From Candidatus Omnitrophota bacterium (lineage in GTDB: Bacteria; Omnitrophota; Gorgyraeia; Duberdicusellales; 4484-171), in assembly GCA_043823745.1 (NCBI GenBank), contig JBDRAN010000028.1:67116-131115 (forward strand): a stretch of 64,000 bases of DNA, in the 5' to 3' direction. Below are positions 38,626-49,100 of the stretch, in pieces. Position 1 is the first letter of the stretch. Each line of letters begins with the position of its first letter. Below the pieces are notes generated by a model. That model ran no database searches. It saw only the letters and a list, made by a program, of their open reading frames with translations, and had not been told where the DNA came from. The position numbers and the translations under genes are program-made.

Positions 38626-39845
38626 TGGCCGCCTCGACGCTTCAGGGCGCTTGTTATATTTCGATATACTTCATTGACGCTGATAGACTCAAGGCAGCGT
38701 GCCTGCTTGCATGTAGACTGTCTTTGGTTGTAGGCGCTTAAACACGGGCTGCATTCCTGCGCGTGGTAGAGTATGGTTGTGTTTGGCGAGCGCGGTCCAT
38801 AGAGAAGCGGTGTTTCCGGGCCAAAGAGTATTACGGCGTTGATCGGGGTAAGCGCCGCAAAGTGTCCGGGGCCAGAATCGCTGGTCACCAGGACGTCGGC
38901 GATGCAGTAAAGCGTAAGGAGTTCCCGAAGAGAAGTTTTACCGGCAAGAGAACAGGCGCCCGGTATGGCCGCGGCAATTTCTCCTGTCGAGCGCTGCTCG
39001 TCGTATGTTCCGCTGACGACGATCGTGGCCGAAGGGATATCGCGCATAATTTTTTTTCCAAGTTCGATAAAATTTTCTTTCGGCCACGCGCGCACCCTCA
39101 ACGGGTCCGCAGTATTTGGATTTATAATAATTATCGGGAACGTTACCGGCGCGCGCGTGCGTTGCATGATGATGTTCGTGAGAGAGTCTTTCTCTTGCAG
39201 TCTCGGCGTAAATTGCGGCAGCGCGGCAAGCGATTGGGGGTGAGGACGCGCGCGGGCGTGTTGGTCGGCGCCATGGCTCGCTGTTTCCACTAACCGTACG
39301 AAAAAAAGTTCTGTGTGCAGCGTTGGATCGTAGGCCAACCGATGCGTTAACAGGTCTCCCCGCCATGGTCCGCAGCCCGGCGCGGCATGTAAGCCGACTC
39401 GGGCTCGGGCGCCCGACAGGTACGCGATGATCGCCGAGCCTCGTGAATAAAATTCCATGTCAAGGCATGTATCGATTTTTTCTTTGCGGATACGGCAAAG
39501 AGCGCGCAGAAAAGAAAAAAACATTCGGATAGGCCGGCACGCGTCGATCTCGATGATGTTCTCCGGAAGAATAATTCCGAGCATATCAAGAATGGGGCGG
39601 TTTTGCGTAAATACTAAAAAGTAGACATTACCTGCACCGACGAGTTTCGACGCTCTCTGGAGGGCGGGGATGCTGATGACTGTTGAGCCTTGTTCGCTTA
39701 GCTTAATGAAAATAATTTTTTGCGTTTTGTTCGCGTGCCGAGCGTATTGGGTCGCTTTCGTGAAGAGTATCCGGTGTATTGTTAAGAGAGCACAGAGAGG
39801 CACGCCGATAAATTTATCTATCCTGCGGATAAGGGCTATCTTCAT
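38622..39845 (-). CDS. GT9 (heptosyltransferase-like) glycosyltransferase
   Basis: IKLSEQGS, RAWP, LAGKTSL and DSGPGHFAA...LFGP. Start set at 39845. Confidence 0.88.
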   Translation of the reverse strand: MKIALIRRIDKFIGVPLCALLTIHRILFTKATQYARHANKTQKIIFIKLSEQGSTVISIPALQRASKLVGAGNVYFLVFTQNRPILDMLGIILPENIIEIDACRPIRMFFSFLRALCRIRKEKIDTCLDMEFYSRGSAIIAYLSGARARVGLHAAPGCGPWRGDLLTHRLAYDPTLHTELFFVRLVETASHGADQHARARPHPQSLAALPQFTPRLQEKDSLTNIIMQRTRAPVTFPIIIINPNTADPLRVRAWPKENFIELGKKIMRDIPSATIVVSGTYDEQRSTGEIAAAIPGACSLAGKTSLRELLTLYCIADVLVTSDSGPGHFAALTPINAVILFGPETPLLYGPRSPNTTILYHAQECSPCLSAYNQRQSTCKQARCLESISVNEVYRNITSALKRRGGQ

Positions 39846-40095
39846 ATGATACAGGAAAGGTTGTGTTAGGGCGCTGTATTGATGGCCGCCGCATGTCACA
39901 TTTAGAAATATCGAATCAAGAATGAGAGGGTAGTTTTTCGTTTATGCACCCCGTAAACAAACGGTATTATACCAGAAGGCTTTGTTTTGATAAGAGGTTT
40001 TTGTTTCTTACGAGATGCAAGAGCCTTGTTGATTGTTGTTGAGTATCATTTTGAGCGAAAACGCCTGTTAAATAAAGCACAAAACCAATTTTTTA

Positions 40096-40123
40096 TTGAC
40101 AGCTACCCCATTTATGCTACAAT
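40096..40123 (+). promoter_or_regulatory. Sigma70-type promoter for the secretion operon
   Basis: TTGACA, 16-bp spacer, TACAAT with an extended -10 TG, in the divergent intergenic region. Confidence 0.65.
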
Positions 40124-40338
40124 CGAATTACGGTACATACGATAAGTTCGGTATGTCGATCTATTAGTATAATATATATACTAAAACGCACGCGTTGCAA
40201 CGTACGTTTTATATTTATTTTTTTTCGGACGCGTTATTGTTATACTTCGCCGGTGTTTTAAGTATAACCCGTACGGGATGGAGCCAAAGGCGAGAGCCGG
40301 GGGGCCAGAGGCGAAGGGGTTACCAACGGGATACATCA

Positions 40339-40590
40339 ATGACCGAAAGCAATAAAAGCAGCGAACAAGCTCGTGTCATTTCCGCAAAGGATATTGTTGC
40401 ACAATACAATATCACCTACCAAACGGTCAATCATTACACAGATTTTGGATTATTGCCGGTTGTCACCAAGAAGGGTAACGTGCGTTTTTACGATACTGAC
40501 CTTATTGATAAGCGTTTAACGCAGATAGAGGAGTTCAAGAGGGAAGGTTATTCGTTGCGGCTTATCCGTAAGAAACTTATTGGAATATAA
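40339..40590 (+). CDS. Small MerR-family HTH protein
   Basis: ITYQTVNHYTDFGLL...GNVRFY...EGYSLRLI. Confidence 0.8.
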   Translation: MTESNKSSEQARVISAKDIVAQYNITYQTVNHYTDFGLLPVVTKKGNVRFYDTDLIDKRLTQIEEFKREGYSLRLIRKKLIGI

Positions 40591-40598
40591 TGAAAAAA

Positions 40599-40731
40599 TT
40601 ACCAATAACCAAGATACAAGCACCAAACAGATCGCAACACCCAATAACCAATAAGAAAATTGATTTGTTTGATGATTGGAATTTGGTCATTGAGTATTGT
40701 TTGGTTATTGGAAATTGATTATCGGTTATTT
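40599..40731. repeat. Inverted 7-mer arrays (NNNCCAA / TTGGNNN) with no enclosed gene
   Basis: ttaccaa taaccaa gatacaa gcaccaa ... ttggaat ttggtca ... ttggtta ttggaaa. Confidence 0.85.
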
Positions 40732-40736
40732 AAACC

Positions 40737-41615
40737 ATGAGTTATTATAAAGTTTTAGGATTTGACAAAGAGCCGTTTTCCACAAGTCCGGACCCTGATT
40801 TTTTTTATCTTTCCAAGGAGCATGAGACAGCGCTTACGAACATCCTGATCGAGCTGCGCTTAAAACGGGGGCTTTCAGTCATTCTGGGTGATGTGGGCAC
40901 CGGGAAAACGACCCTTTCGCGCAAGCTTATCCAGGAGTTAAAATCGCGTGACGATTTTGTGTTCCATATGGTGCTTGACCCCTCGTTTGACGATGAGCAG
41001 CTTTTTCTTACGTCACTTGCGCGTAACTTTGAGATTGCGTCCGTTCAGCAACCCGGCGCGACCGTACTTGATTTGCGTGAGGCGCTGGAACGGTTTCTTT
41101 TCCAGAAGGGAGTAAACGAGCACAAAACAATTACCCTGATCGTTGACGAGGCCCAGAAACTCAGCGACGGGTCGCTTGAGCTCTTACGGGTTCTTCTGAA
41201 CTATGAGACCAACGAGTATAAGCTCCTGCAGCTTATTCTTCTGGGGCAGCTTGAGTTGTATTCGCGCATCATGGGTATCGCTAATTTTTTTGACCGTATC
41301 AGTTTTAAGTATACCTTAAACCCTCTCGATATTAACGAGACACGCGAAATGATCGAGTTTCGCGTCCGCCAGGCGGGTTATAAAGCAAACATGTATATTT
41401 TTCTTGATGATGCGATCAGAGAGATTCATCAGCATACCCGGGGTTATCCGCGCCGCGTGACGATGCTTTGTCACAAAGCGCTTAAGAGCCTGGTGCTTAA
41501 AAATAAATTTGTAATTGACGCGGAAATTATTCGGGAGTTGATTCAAGAGGAGCATAAGCTCGGGTGGTACAATGCAAACGCCGTGCCTCAGAAGGCAGTG
41601 GTAAAAGCAGAATAA
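40737..41615 (+). CDS. ExeA/GspA-like AAA ATPase
   Basis: EPFSTSPDPDFFY, Walker A GDVGTGKT, Walker B LIVDEAQ, LLGQLEL and GYPR. Confidence 0.9.
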   Translation: MSYYKVLGFDKEPFSTSPDPDFFYLSKEHETALTNILIELRLKRGLSVILGDVGTGKTTLSRKLIQELKSRDDFVFHMVLDPSFDDEQLFLTSLARNFEIASVQQPGATVLDLREALERFLFQKGVNEHKTITLIVDEAQKLSDGSLELLRVLLNYETNEYKLLQLILLGQLELYSRIMGIANFFDRISFKYTLNPLDINETREMIEFRVRQAGYKANMYIFLDDAIREIHQHTRGYPRRVTMLCHKALKSLVLKNKFVIDAEIIRELIQEEHKLGWYNANAVPQKAVVKAE

Positions 41616-41619
41616 TAAT

Positions 41620-43224
41620 ATGAGTATTCAAATCAGATTTTTTCGTCCTCGTTTGGCGCGCACCAAGAGTTTTTTTATTCTCGTTATTCTTGCGATCGTG
41701 TTTACGCTCGCCGTCAGCCTTCTGCGCCGTGAGCCTGAAAAATCAGCGAACACGGTGCGGGACGTAACCGTTCCTTCGGCGTCGTATCCGCTGGCCCGCC
41801 GGCCGACGAGCTCCGCCGCCGCGGGATTTGCCCGCGCACGCGCGCTGCGAACGAAAGGGTCGGTTCAAGAAGCCTCGGCGGCCGAAGCGCCTTCATCCCG
41901 TACCCAGCCTGCCGTTGAGAAAAGCCTGTGGCGCATTAAAGGATACATGAAGAGCGCTGCCGAGGCAAACGCGTTCCTCAAGGAGAAGGCGGCGCTTCTG
42001 GGTAACCTGCTTGAGGCAAAAGCAAAAGAAACAGAGCATCTGACGCAGGAAAACGCGCGCCTTAAGAATGATGTGGAAACGATACAGAAAGAGCAAACCA
42101 GGCTGAAAGGTAAGTTTGCCGCACAACTCAGTAATCTGAACGTGCAACTTGCTCAAAAAGACCTCGTGCTGTCGGGGCTTAATACCGCCAAGCGTAACCT
42201 TGAGGGCGAGCTGAATAGCCTTGGCAACAAAATTACCGGCCTCTCAAGCGCGCATGATGCCGTGCAGTTTCAACTTGCAAATGCATTGGCCGGCAAAACA
42301 AGCCTCGAGGAGTCGGTGCGTAAGCTCACCGATGACCTTGCGCGGCAGAATACCGCCAATGAAGCGTTACATAAAAATGTTGAAGAATTAACGGCTGCCT
42401 TGCGAGACAAAGAAAGTCAGCGCCAGCTCGTCGCGGGCGAGCTGGAACAATTAGGGATATTTAAGAAAAATATCGAAGCGGAGCTCGTCAGTCTTAAGCG
42501 CAACAAGAGTGAGCTTTCTTCTGCGGCGCAGGATTTGGAAGCGCGGCTTGCTGAGGCTGTCACCGCAAAGAGCGGCCTTGAAGGGGAGTTGCGGAGCATT
42601 AAAGAAGAGCTCGCCAAGCAGCTGGCGGTGAATGAGGCTTTAAATCGCAGCGTGAATGAGCTATCGGATCGCGCCAACCAGGCAGAAAGTCGTGGACGCT
42701 CAAGCGCCGACGTCCAGGCTCAGTTTGACGCGTACCGGGCGCAGTCTGAGGCGCGCATCAGGGAACTCACCGATGCGCAGGCAGAGAGTGAAAAGAAAAT
42801 TCAGGAATTTCTCAATCGCATCGAGGAGCTTACCCGGGCATCCGATGCAACCAAAAAATCCACTTCAGAGCTTTCTGAGATTATCGCTCAAAAAGAACTT
42901 TCGATCAACGAGAAGCAGCGTGAGATTGAAAAGCTCACCGGGCTTCTGCAAAAAACGACCGCCGAGCGTAATAATCTTATTCTTACGCTTGAAGAGCGGG
43001 AAAGAAGCATCAATGGTTTACGCGCGGCCCTTAAGAATATGGAAGCCCAGAGCGCTGTCCTGCAACAGGAGCTTGGTTCAGGGCGCAGCTATGAGGCTGA
43101 TGCCGGCCGGCAGCTTGAGCAGGCCAAGGCGTTGAATAATTCTTTGAAGAAAAAGATCAGCAATCTTTACGTGGAGCTGGAATTGCTTCGCGTTGAAAGC
43201 GCGCAGCAGGCCCGATCGCAATAG
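41620..43224 (+). CDS. Membrane-anchored long coiled-coil protein
   Basis: One N-terminal TM helix followed by about 430 aa of heptad pattern. Confidence 0.8.
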   Translation: MSIQIRFFRPRLARTKSFFILVILAIVFTLAVSLLRREPEKSANTVRDVTVPSASYPLARRPTSSAAAGFARARALRTKGSVQEASAAEAPSSRTQPAVEKSLWRIKGYMKSAAEANAFLKEKAALLGNLLEAKAKETEHLTQENARLKNDVETIQKEQTRLKGKFAAQLSNLNVQLAQKDLVLSGLNTAKRNLEGELNSLGNKITGLSSAHDAVQFQLANALAGKTSLEESVRKLTDDLARQNTANEALHKNVEELTAALRDKESQRQLVAGELEQLGIFKKNIEAELVSLKRNKSELSSAAQDLEARLAEAVTAKSGLEGELRSIKEELAKQLAVNEALNRSVNELSDRANQAESRGRSSADVQAQFDAYRAQSEARIRELTDAQAESEKKIQEFLNRIEELTRASDATKKSTSELSEIIAQKELSINEKQREIEKLTGLLQKTTAERNNLILTLEERERSINGLRAALKNMEAQSAVLQQELGSGRSYEADAGRQLEQAKALNNSLKKKISNLYVELELLRVESAQQARSQ

Positions 43225-43461
43225 TTGATGCGGGCCTCTCGATAGGTCTCTCCGTGAGTACGATGCTCCTTGCGGTGATGTGCGTATTCGCACTGCGCCG
43301 GGGTATCGGGTGATGAAAGAGCGGGTTTAACCGTGCGGCGCGCCATGAGTGCCTGTCGTGTCCGCACGCACAGCGTTCTTAAAAGAACCGCTGGCTATTT
43401 TGTGAGGCCTGCTTTTGGGGTTGTGTGAATCGGTGCTTATGGATACACCACGCACTATACG

Positions 43462-44136
43462 ATGATGGCAAAGGACGACAAAGCGCGTACGCCGGAGAAA
43501 AACCTGCTTAACCTCATTGAGACTCCTTCGTCGCGCGCGCCACTTTCAACCGCGACTATTAAACACCATGGGTTCAGCCTTTTTTCACCGGCGGCTCTTA
43601 AGGGTAGGTTTTCTTTTCTGCGCAATAGCCTTAAGAGCGGATTCAAATTACCCGATTTTTCTCAATTTGACGTTAAGCTGCTGAACGGCATTCTTCGGAT
43701 CGTTATTGTTGTTTTGACGGTTTATTTTTTGCTGAGCCTGGCGGGTTCGATGGCCGACCTGCGTAAGGGGTTTACGGTCACCTCGGAAGAAGGGGTAAAA
43801 GGCGTTGAAGAGCCCGCGGCTATTTCGTTTTTGAAAGCAGCGTCATATTATCTCGATAAAGCCCGTCAGCGTGATATCTTTACGATGGGTTTAAGAAAAG
43901 TTTCGGCTCCGGGCGGCAAAGTCAGTGTCAGCAGAATTATCGAGGAGACGAAAGATTTTCGCCTGGTGGGGATATCGTGGTCGGCTGACCCGGACGTGAT
44001 GATTGAGGACATTAAGAATAAGCGCACCTTGTTTCTTAAAAAAGGGCAACTGATCGATAACAAGATCAAGCTTAAAAGCGTTTTTAAGGATAAAGTTCTT
44101 TTAAGCTATGGAGGCGAGGAGATAGAATTACGATGA
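43462..44136 (+). CDS. GspC/PilP-like secretion accessory protein
   Basis: One TM helix, RDIF, then FRLVGISWS...VMIED...LKKG beta domain; lies directly before a secretin. Confidence 0.6.
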   Translation: MMAKDDKARTPEKNLLNLIETPSSRAPLSTATIKHHGFSLFSPAALKGRFSFLRNSLKSGFKLPDFSQFDVKLLNGILRIVIVVLTVYFLLSLAGSMADLRKGFTVTSEEGVKGVEEPAAISFLKAASYYLDKARQRDIFTMGLRKVSAPGGKVSVSRIIEETKDFRLVGISWSADPDVMIEDIKNKRTLFLKKGQLIDNKIKLKSVFKDKVLLSYGGEEIELR

Positions 44137-46115
44137 TGGTCAAGCGGCATACCACTTCATTCGTTGCCCGGCTTTTTGTTGGCGCGCTGTCGTTTTCTTT
44201 GGGGCTTGGCGCGAATGCGCCCCGCGTGGCGGGAAACCAGGCCTTTTCGTACGTTGTGGCCGAATCCGCCGCCGCGCGCGAAGACCTTGTCTCGGCCGCG
44301 CCCCAGGAACGCATATCGCTTAATTTGCGCAACATCGACATAATCGAGGCGCTTAAGTTTTTCTCTCTTCGCTCAGGCTATAATATTATCCCTACCCAGA
44401 AAGTCGCCGGCCGCGTGACGCTTAACGTTGAAAATGTAACGGTAAAAGATGTCTTTGACGTTATGTTGCGTTCCAATAATCTTGCCTACGATAAGCGGGG
44501 CGACATCTATAATGTTATGACGGAGGCGGAGTACAAGCAGCTGTACGGAAAGAATTTTTTTGACAGCCGTCAGGTTAAGGTATTCCGGCTCAAATATGCG
44601 ATACCCGAACAGGCGTTCAGCCTTCTTGATGCGATTAAAAGTGATATCGGCAGGCTCTTGGTGGATTCAGAGTCAGGTTCCGTGGTGATTATCGATACGC
44701 CGGAAAAAATTGCGGAAGCGGAAAGCGCCCTCTCAGCCATGGAGCAGAAGAATATGGTAAAGGTGTTCACGCTTAAATATGCCAAGGCAAAGGAAGTCGA
44801 GGAGCAGCTTAAAGTCCAACTCGATCTTAAAAAGGTCGGCCTTATCAAGGCCGACGAGAGGACGAACCAGGTTATCGTGCAGACGCTGCCTGAGCGCATG
44901 CAGAATATCGAAGAGCTTATTACGAGCCTTGATAAAAAAACCAAGGGCGTGCTTATTGACTGTAAGATTATTAAAATAAAGTTAAGCGACCAGCGTGACC
45001 AAGGCATTCAGTGGGAAGGCCTTTTTAATATTGCCAAAGCCTATGGCATGGCGTATCTGGGCTCCTATCCCTTTAGCGTGATGACTGCCGGAATCACCAA
45101 TCCCGCCTTTACCTCACGAGCCGATTATGCCAACACGGTCAACAGCGCCGGCCAGTACCCTTTTAGCGGCACAACCTCAAGCCTTAATGCAAGCACAAAG
45201 GTTGCGCCGGGTGAGAGGATGCATGTCGGGATCGTCGGCTCCAAGACCGATTTCGACGTTTTGATTAAATACCTGCAGACCTTGGGTAATTCTAAAATAA
45301 TGGCAAGCCCGTCGCTGGCGGTCGTCAATAACCAGGAAGCAAAGATCCATATCGGCGAGCGAAGGGCCTACATTACGACAACGACGACCACCGGGTCCAC
45401 AACGTCGACTGTTTCCGAGGAGGTAACGTTTGTTGACGTGGGAGTGCGCCTGTCGGTGATCCCTACGATCAATGACGACGGGTATATCACGATGAAGGTG
45501 AAGCCGGAAATAAGCAGTATTATCGGCAGCATTACTTCCTCCAGCAATAACGTGGTCCCCATTATCGACACTAATACCGCCGAAACAACCGTTATAGCCA
45601 AGGATGGTTCAACCGTTATCATCGGGGGCATGGGAAGGGAGGAGGTTACGGAAGGCTCCGAGGGGGTTCCGTTTCTCAGCAAAATTCCCATTATCGGTAA
45701 TCTTTTTAAGAATAGTACGAAACGCAAAGAGCGCGTTGAGCTGATTATTATGATTACCCCTATCATTTTTGAAGGGGATAAATTCATTACCACCAAAGAC
45801 GCAGACAAGTTTCCGGTTAAGCCGGTAAAAAAATTCGATGTTTTCAAGCAGGAATCGCCCCTGCCGCAATCGTCCTTAAGCAAGCCGATGACATCACCGG
45901 AAATCTATAAGGGGCTTAAGCGCCCGGAGCTAGGAGCGGCCGGCCCTATACATACCGGCTCAGGCGTTCCGCTTCCGTTTCAAAGGGATGTTTCCGCTAA
46001 AGGTTTTAAGATGTATGAAGGATTTTCTTCGAATCAGGACGTGACTGATGACGCGGTTAAGAAGTTTTCCGGCGGCGATAGCCAGGCAGTGAAAGGTTTT
46101 AAACCGTATAATTGA
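44133..46115 (+). CDS. Secretin (GspD/PilQ family), copy 1
   Basis: N0/N domains, then NNQEAKIHIG, DVGVRLSVIP, GVPFLSKIPIIGNLFK and ELIIMITP. Confidence 0.93.
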   Translation: MMVKRHTTSFVARLFVGALSFSLGLGANAPRVAGNQAFSYVVAESAAAREDLVSAAPQERISLNLRNIDIIEALKFFSLRSGYNIIPTQKVAGRVTLNVENVTVKDVFDVMLRSNNLAYDKRGDIYNVMTEAEYKQLYGKNFFDSRQVKVFRLKYAIPEQAFSLLDAIKSDIGRLLVDSESGSVVIIDTPEKIAEAESALSAMEQKNMVKVFTLKYAKAKEVEEQLKVQLDLKKVGLIKADERTNQVIVQTLPERMQNIEELITSLDKKTKGVLIDCKIIKIKLSDQRDQGIQWEGLFNIAKAYGMAYLGSYPFSVMTAGITNPAFTSRADYANTVNSAGQYPFSGTTSSLNASTKVAPGERMHVGIVGSKTDFDVLIKYLQTLGNSKIMASPSLAVVNNQEAKIHIGERRAYITTTTTTGSTTSTVSEEVTFVDVGVRLSVIPTINDDGYITMKVKPEISSIIGSITSSSNNVVPIIDTNTAETTVIAKDGSTVIIGGMGREEVTEGSEGVPFLSKIPIIGNLFKNSTKRKERVELIIMITPIIFEGDKFITTKDADKFPVKPVKKFDVFKQESPLPQSSLSKPMTSPEIYKGLKRPELGAAGPIHTGSGVPLPFQRDVSAKGFKMYEGFSSNQDVTDDAVKKFSGGDSQAVKGFKPYN

Positions 46116-46174
46116 TCATTGTATTTTTTTGTCGTCCGGGGAGTGAGGCGCAAGAGCTAAGAGGGAGAAGCGGA

Positions 46175-49100
46175 ATGAAAAAAATAATCGTTATTTTCTT
46201 TGTAGCCATGATGGTGTCGGTGTGCGGATTCGCGCGTAACGGAAACGGTTCGCCGGCGAGCGTTGATGATGAATTAAGCGGCCTCTTGGATGATTTTAAT
46301 AGTCTCAAAGAGGAGCTCGCGGCTGCGAGGGACGATTACCGGAATCTCACGAGTGAATACATGCAAGCCTCTGTGGATGCTCAGGCGCAGCTTGCCGCCG
46401 CCGCCGCAGAGCGCGCCGCGCTTAGTGCACAGCTTGCCCAGGCCCATGCCGCGCGGGAAACATTAAAGCTGCGCTATGAGCAGGCGCAAAGCTCGATTGC
46501 AGAAAAAGAGGGGTTTATCAATGAGACGGAGCGCGCCAGGCAGAAACTTGCGAATCAGCTTAAAGATATTGAAGATAAGTTTTCTCAGACACAAGCCTCC
46601 GGCGATCGCGCGCGCGCCCAATTGCAGCAAACGGCAAGCGACCTTACGAATAAAGAAAAGAATCTTGCGGAGATTGAGAATACCCGCCAGCAATTGAACA
46701 TGAATCTTAAGGAAACAGAAGCGCGGCTCGCGCAAATCGTCTCTGAGAAGGCAGCCATCGTAACCCAGCTTGCCGCCTACAAAGCCAAAGAATCCGGCTG
46801 GCAGCAGCGCGCCGGACAGCTTGCCGGCGTTATTGCCGAAAAAGAAAAAGCGATTATCAATGCAACAGGCGCAGCCAATCAGGTTAGCGTAAAACTTAAA
46901 GACTATGAAGCGAAGCTAGCCGCTCTTGAATCTCAGAAAACAGTACTCGAGAAGCGCGTTCAAGAGTCACAGGCTCGCGAGCAGGCACTCGAGGCGCAAG
47001 CGCAGCAGGCTGGCGCGAACCTTCAGGGTAACGAAAAAACTCTAAACGAATTAACACAGGCTAAGCAGCAGCTTCTTGTCCAGGCACAAGAGCTCCAATC
47101 GCGTCTTGCGGCAACACTCCAGGAAAAAGATAAGGCGCTTGCGGAACTGGCAACAACCAGGGAACAACTTCTCGCTCAGACAAAGGAATTAGAAACTAAA
47201 TCAGCGGCGGTGCAATCAGAAAAAGCCAGTCTCAACAGTCAGCTCGCCGCCTACAAAGCCAAAGAAACCGGTTGGCAGCAGCGCGCGAATCAGTTCGCGG
47301 AGACGATCGCCGAAAAAGAAAAAGCGATCGCGGATCTCGCAGCCGCAGGCAAGCAAGCCAGCGCGAAGCTCAAAGAGTACGACGAAAAGATCGCGGGGCT
47401 TGAATCCCAAAAAGCCGCGCTCGAGGCAGCGGCGAAAGGCCTGCAAACGCAGGGACAGTCGGCGCGCGTGCAGCTTGAGCAGACGGCCGCAGCGCTTCAG
47501 GAGAAAGATAAAGCACTGGTGGAGCTGACGAAAGCAAAGGAACAGTTCCTTGTTCAGATAAAAGAGCTGGAAACGAAGTCGGCAGCCCTGCAATTAGATA
47601 AAACAAACCTCGACGGACAGCTCGCCGCCTACAAAGCCAAAGAATCCGGCTGGCAGCAGCGCAGCCAGCAGCTGGCAATGGAGGCTAAGGATCTTGAGGC
47701 AAAATTTTCGCAGGTGAGTTCTGAAAAATCAGCGCTTCTGCCGCAGCTGGCCGCCTACAAAACCAAGGAAGCCGGCTGGCAGCAGCGCAGCCAGCAGTTA
47801 ACCGAACTGGTCAGCGAGAAAGAAAAAGGTATCGCCCAGCTTACGCAATCAGAAAATAATAACAACAATCTTATCAAAGAATATGAAGCGCGAATAACGA
47901 TTTTGAATCAGCAACGGATGGCTCTTGAAACACAGATAAAAAATATGAAAGCAAAAGTTGATTCGTTTGATGCGCAGCTAGGGCAGATGGTCGCCGCCGG
48001 GCAAGAGAAGGAACGTGAGTTTGCGCAGCTTGAACATACTCGTCAGCAACTGGTGGCGCAGGCTAAAGATCTTGGAAGCAGTCTTGCTCAAACGCTTTCG
48101 GAAAAAACAGCGCTTACCGGTCAGCTCAATGGCTACAAAATCAAGGAGGCGGGGTGGCAAGTGCGCAGCCAGCAGCTTGCAAGCGATATCGCTGATAAGG
48201 AGAAAACGATTGAAGCACTTACACAAACAGGTACTCAGACTGCCGCAACTTTGAGGGATTACGAAACAAAGATAGTTGCCCTTGAGTCACAGCGAGCGGC
48301 TCTTGAGTCTAAGATGCAAGACGCGCAAACGCAGCAAGAGTCGTTGCGGGTGCAGTTTGGAGAGGCAACGAGAGTGCTCCAGGGAAGAGACAAAGCTCTT
48401 ATGGAGCTGGCGAAGGCCAAAGAGCAGCTTCTCGGCCAGATAAAAGAGCTGGAAGCTAAATCAGGAACCCTGCAAATAGACAAAGAAAGCCTTGACGGGC
48501 AGCTGGCCGCCTACAAAACCAAGGAAGCCGGCTGGCAGCAGCGCGCCGGGCAGCTTGCCGGCGTTATTGCCGAAAAAGAAAAAGCGATCATTCAACTCTC
48601 GCAGGAGAAAACCCAAATACTCACTCAACTACGCGAAACCAGGGAGAAGTATGCACAGGAAGTATCGGCGCGCGAAGCGTTACGTAAACAGTTTGATGAA
48701 CTGAGCGAGAAAGAAAAAGCCTTGCGAGCGCAGACTGCGTCCGAAAAAGGGTCTCTCGAAGCGCAACTTAATGCCTACACGACCAAAGAGGCCGGCTGGC
48801 AGGTACGCTCTGGACAATTATCTACCGCTATTACCGATAGAGATAAAAATATCGCGGAACTCAAACAAACAGTGTATCAGAATGCTATTCAGCTTAAGGA
48901 TTATGAAGCACAGAGTGCCGCGCTGCAGCTTGAGAAGGCGGCTCTTGCCACGCAGTTCAAAGAGCTGCAGCTTAGAGAGCAGGCCGCCCAGATGAGCACG
49001 CAACAGGCGGTCGCGAGCCTGCAGGAGAAGGAAAAAACAATCGCCGGCTTGGCTCAAAGTCATCAGATTACCGCCATACAACTTAAAGGCTTTGAGGCAC

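Noticed and set aside
40262-40335. Possible riboswitch in the leader of the MerR-like gene
   Set aside because: A GNRA hairpin (ggc-gaga-gcc) is present, but I could not match a known aptamer consensus such as c-di-GMP-I.
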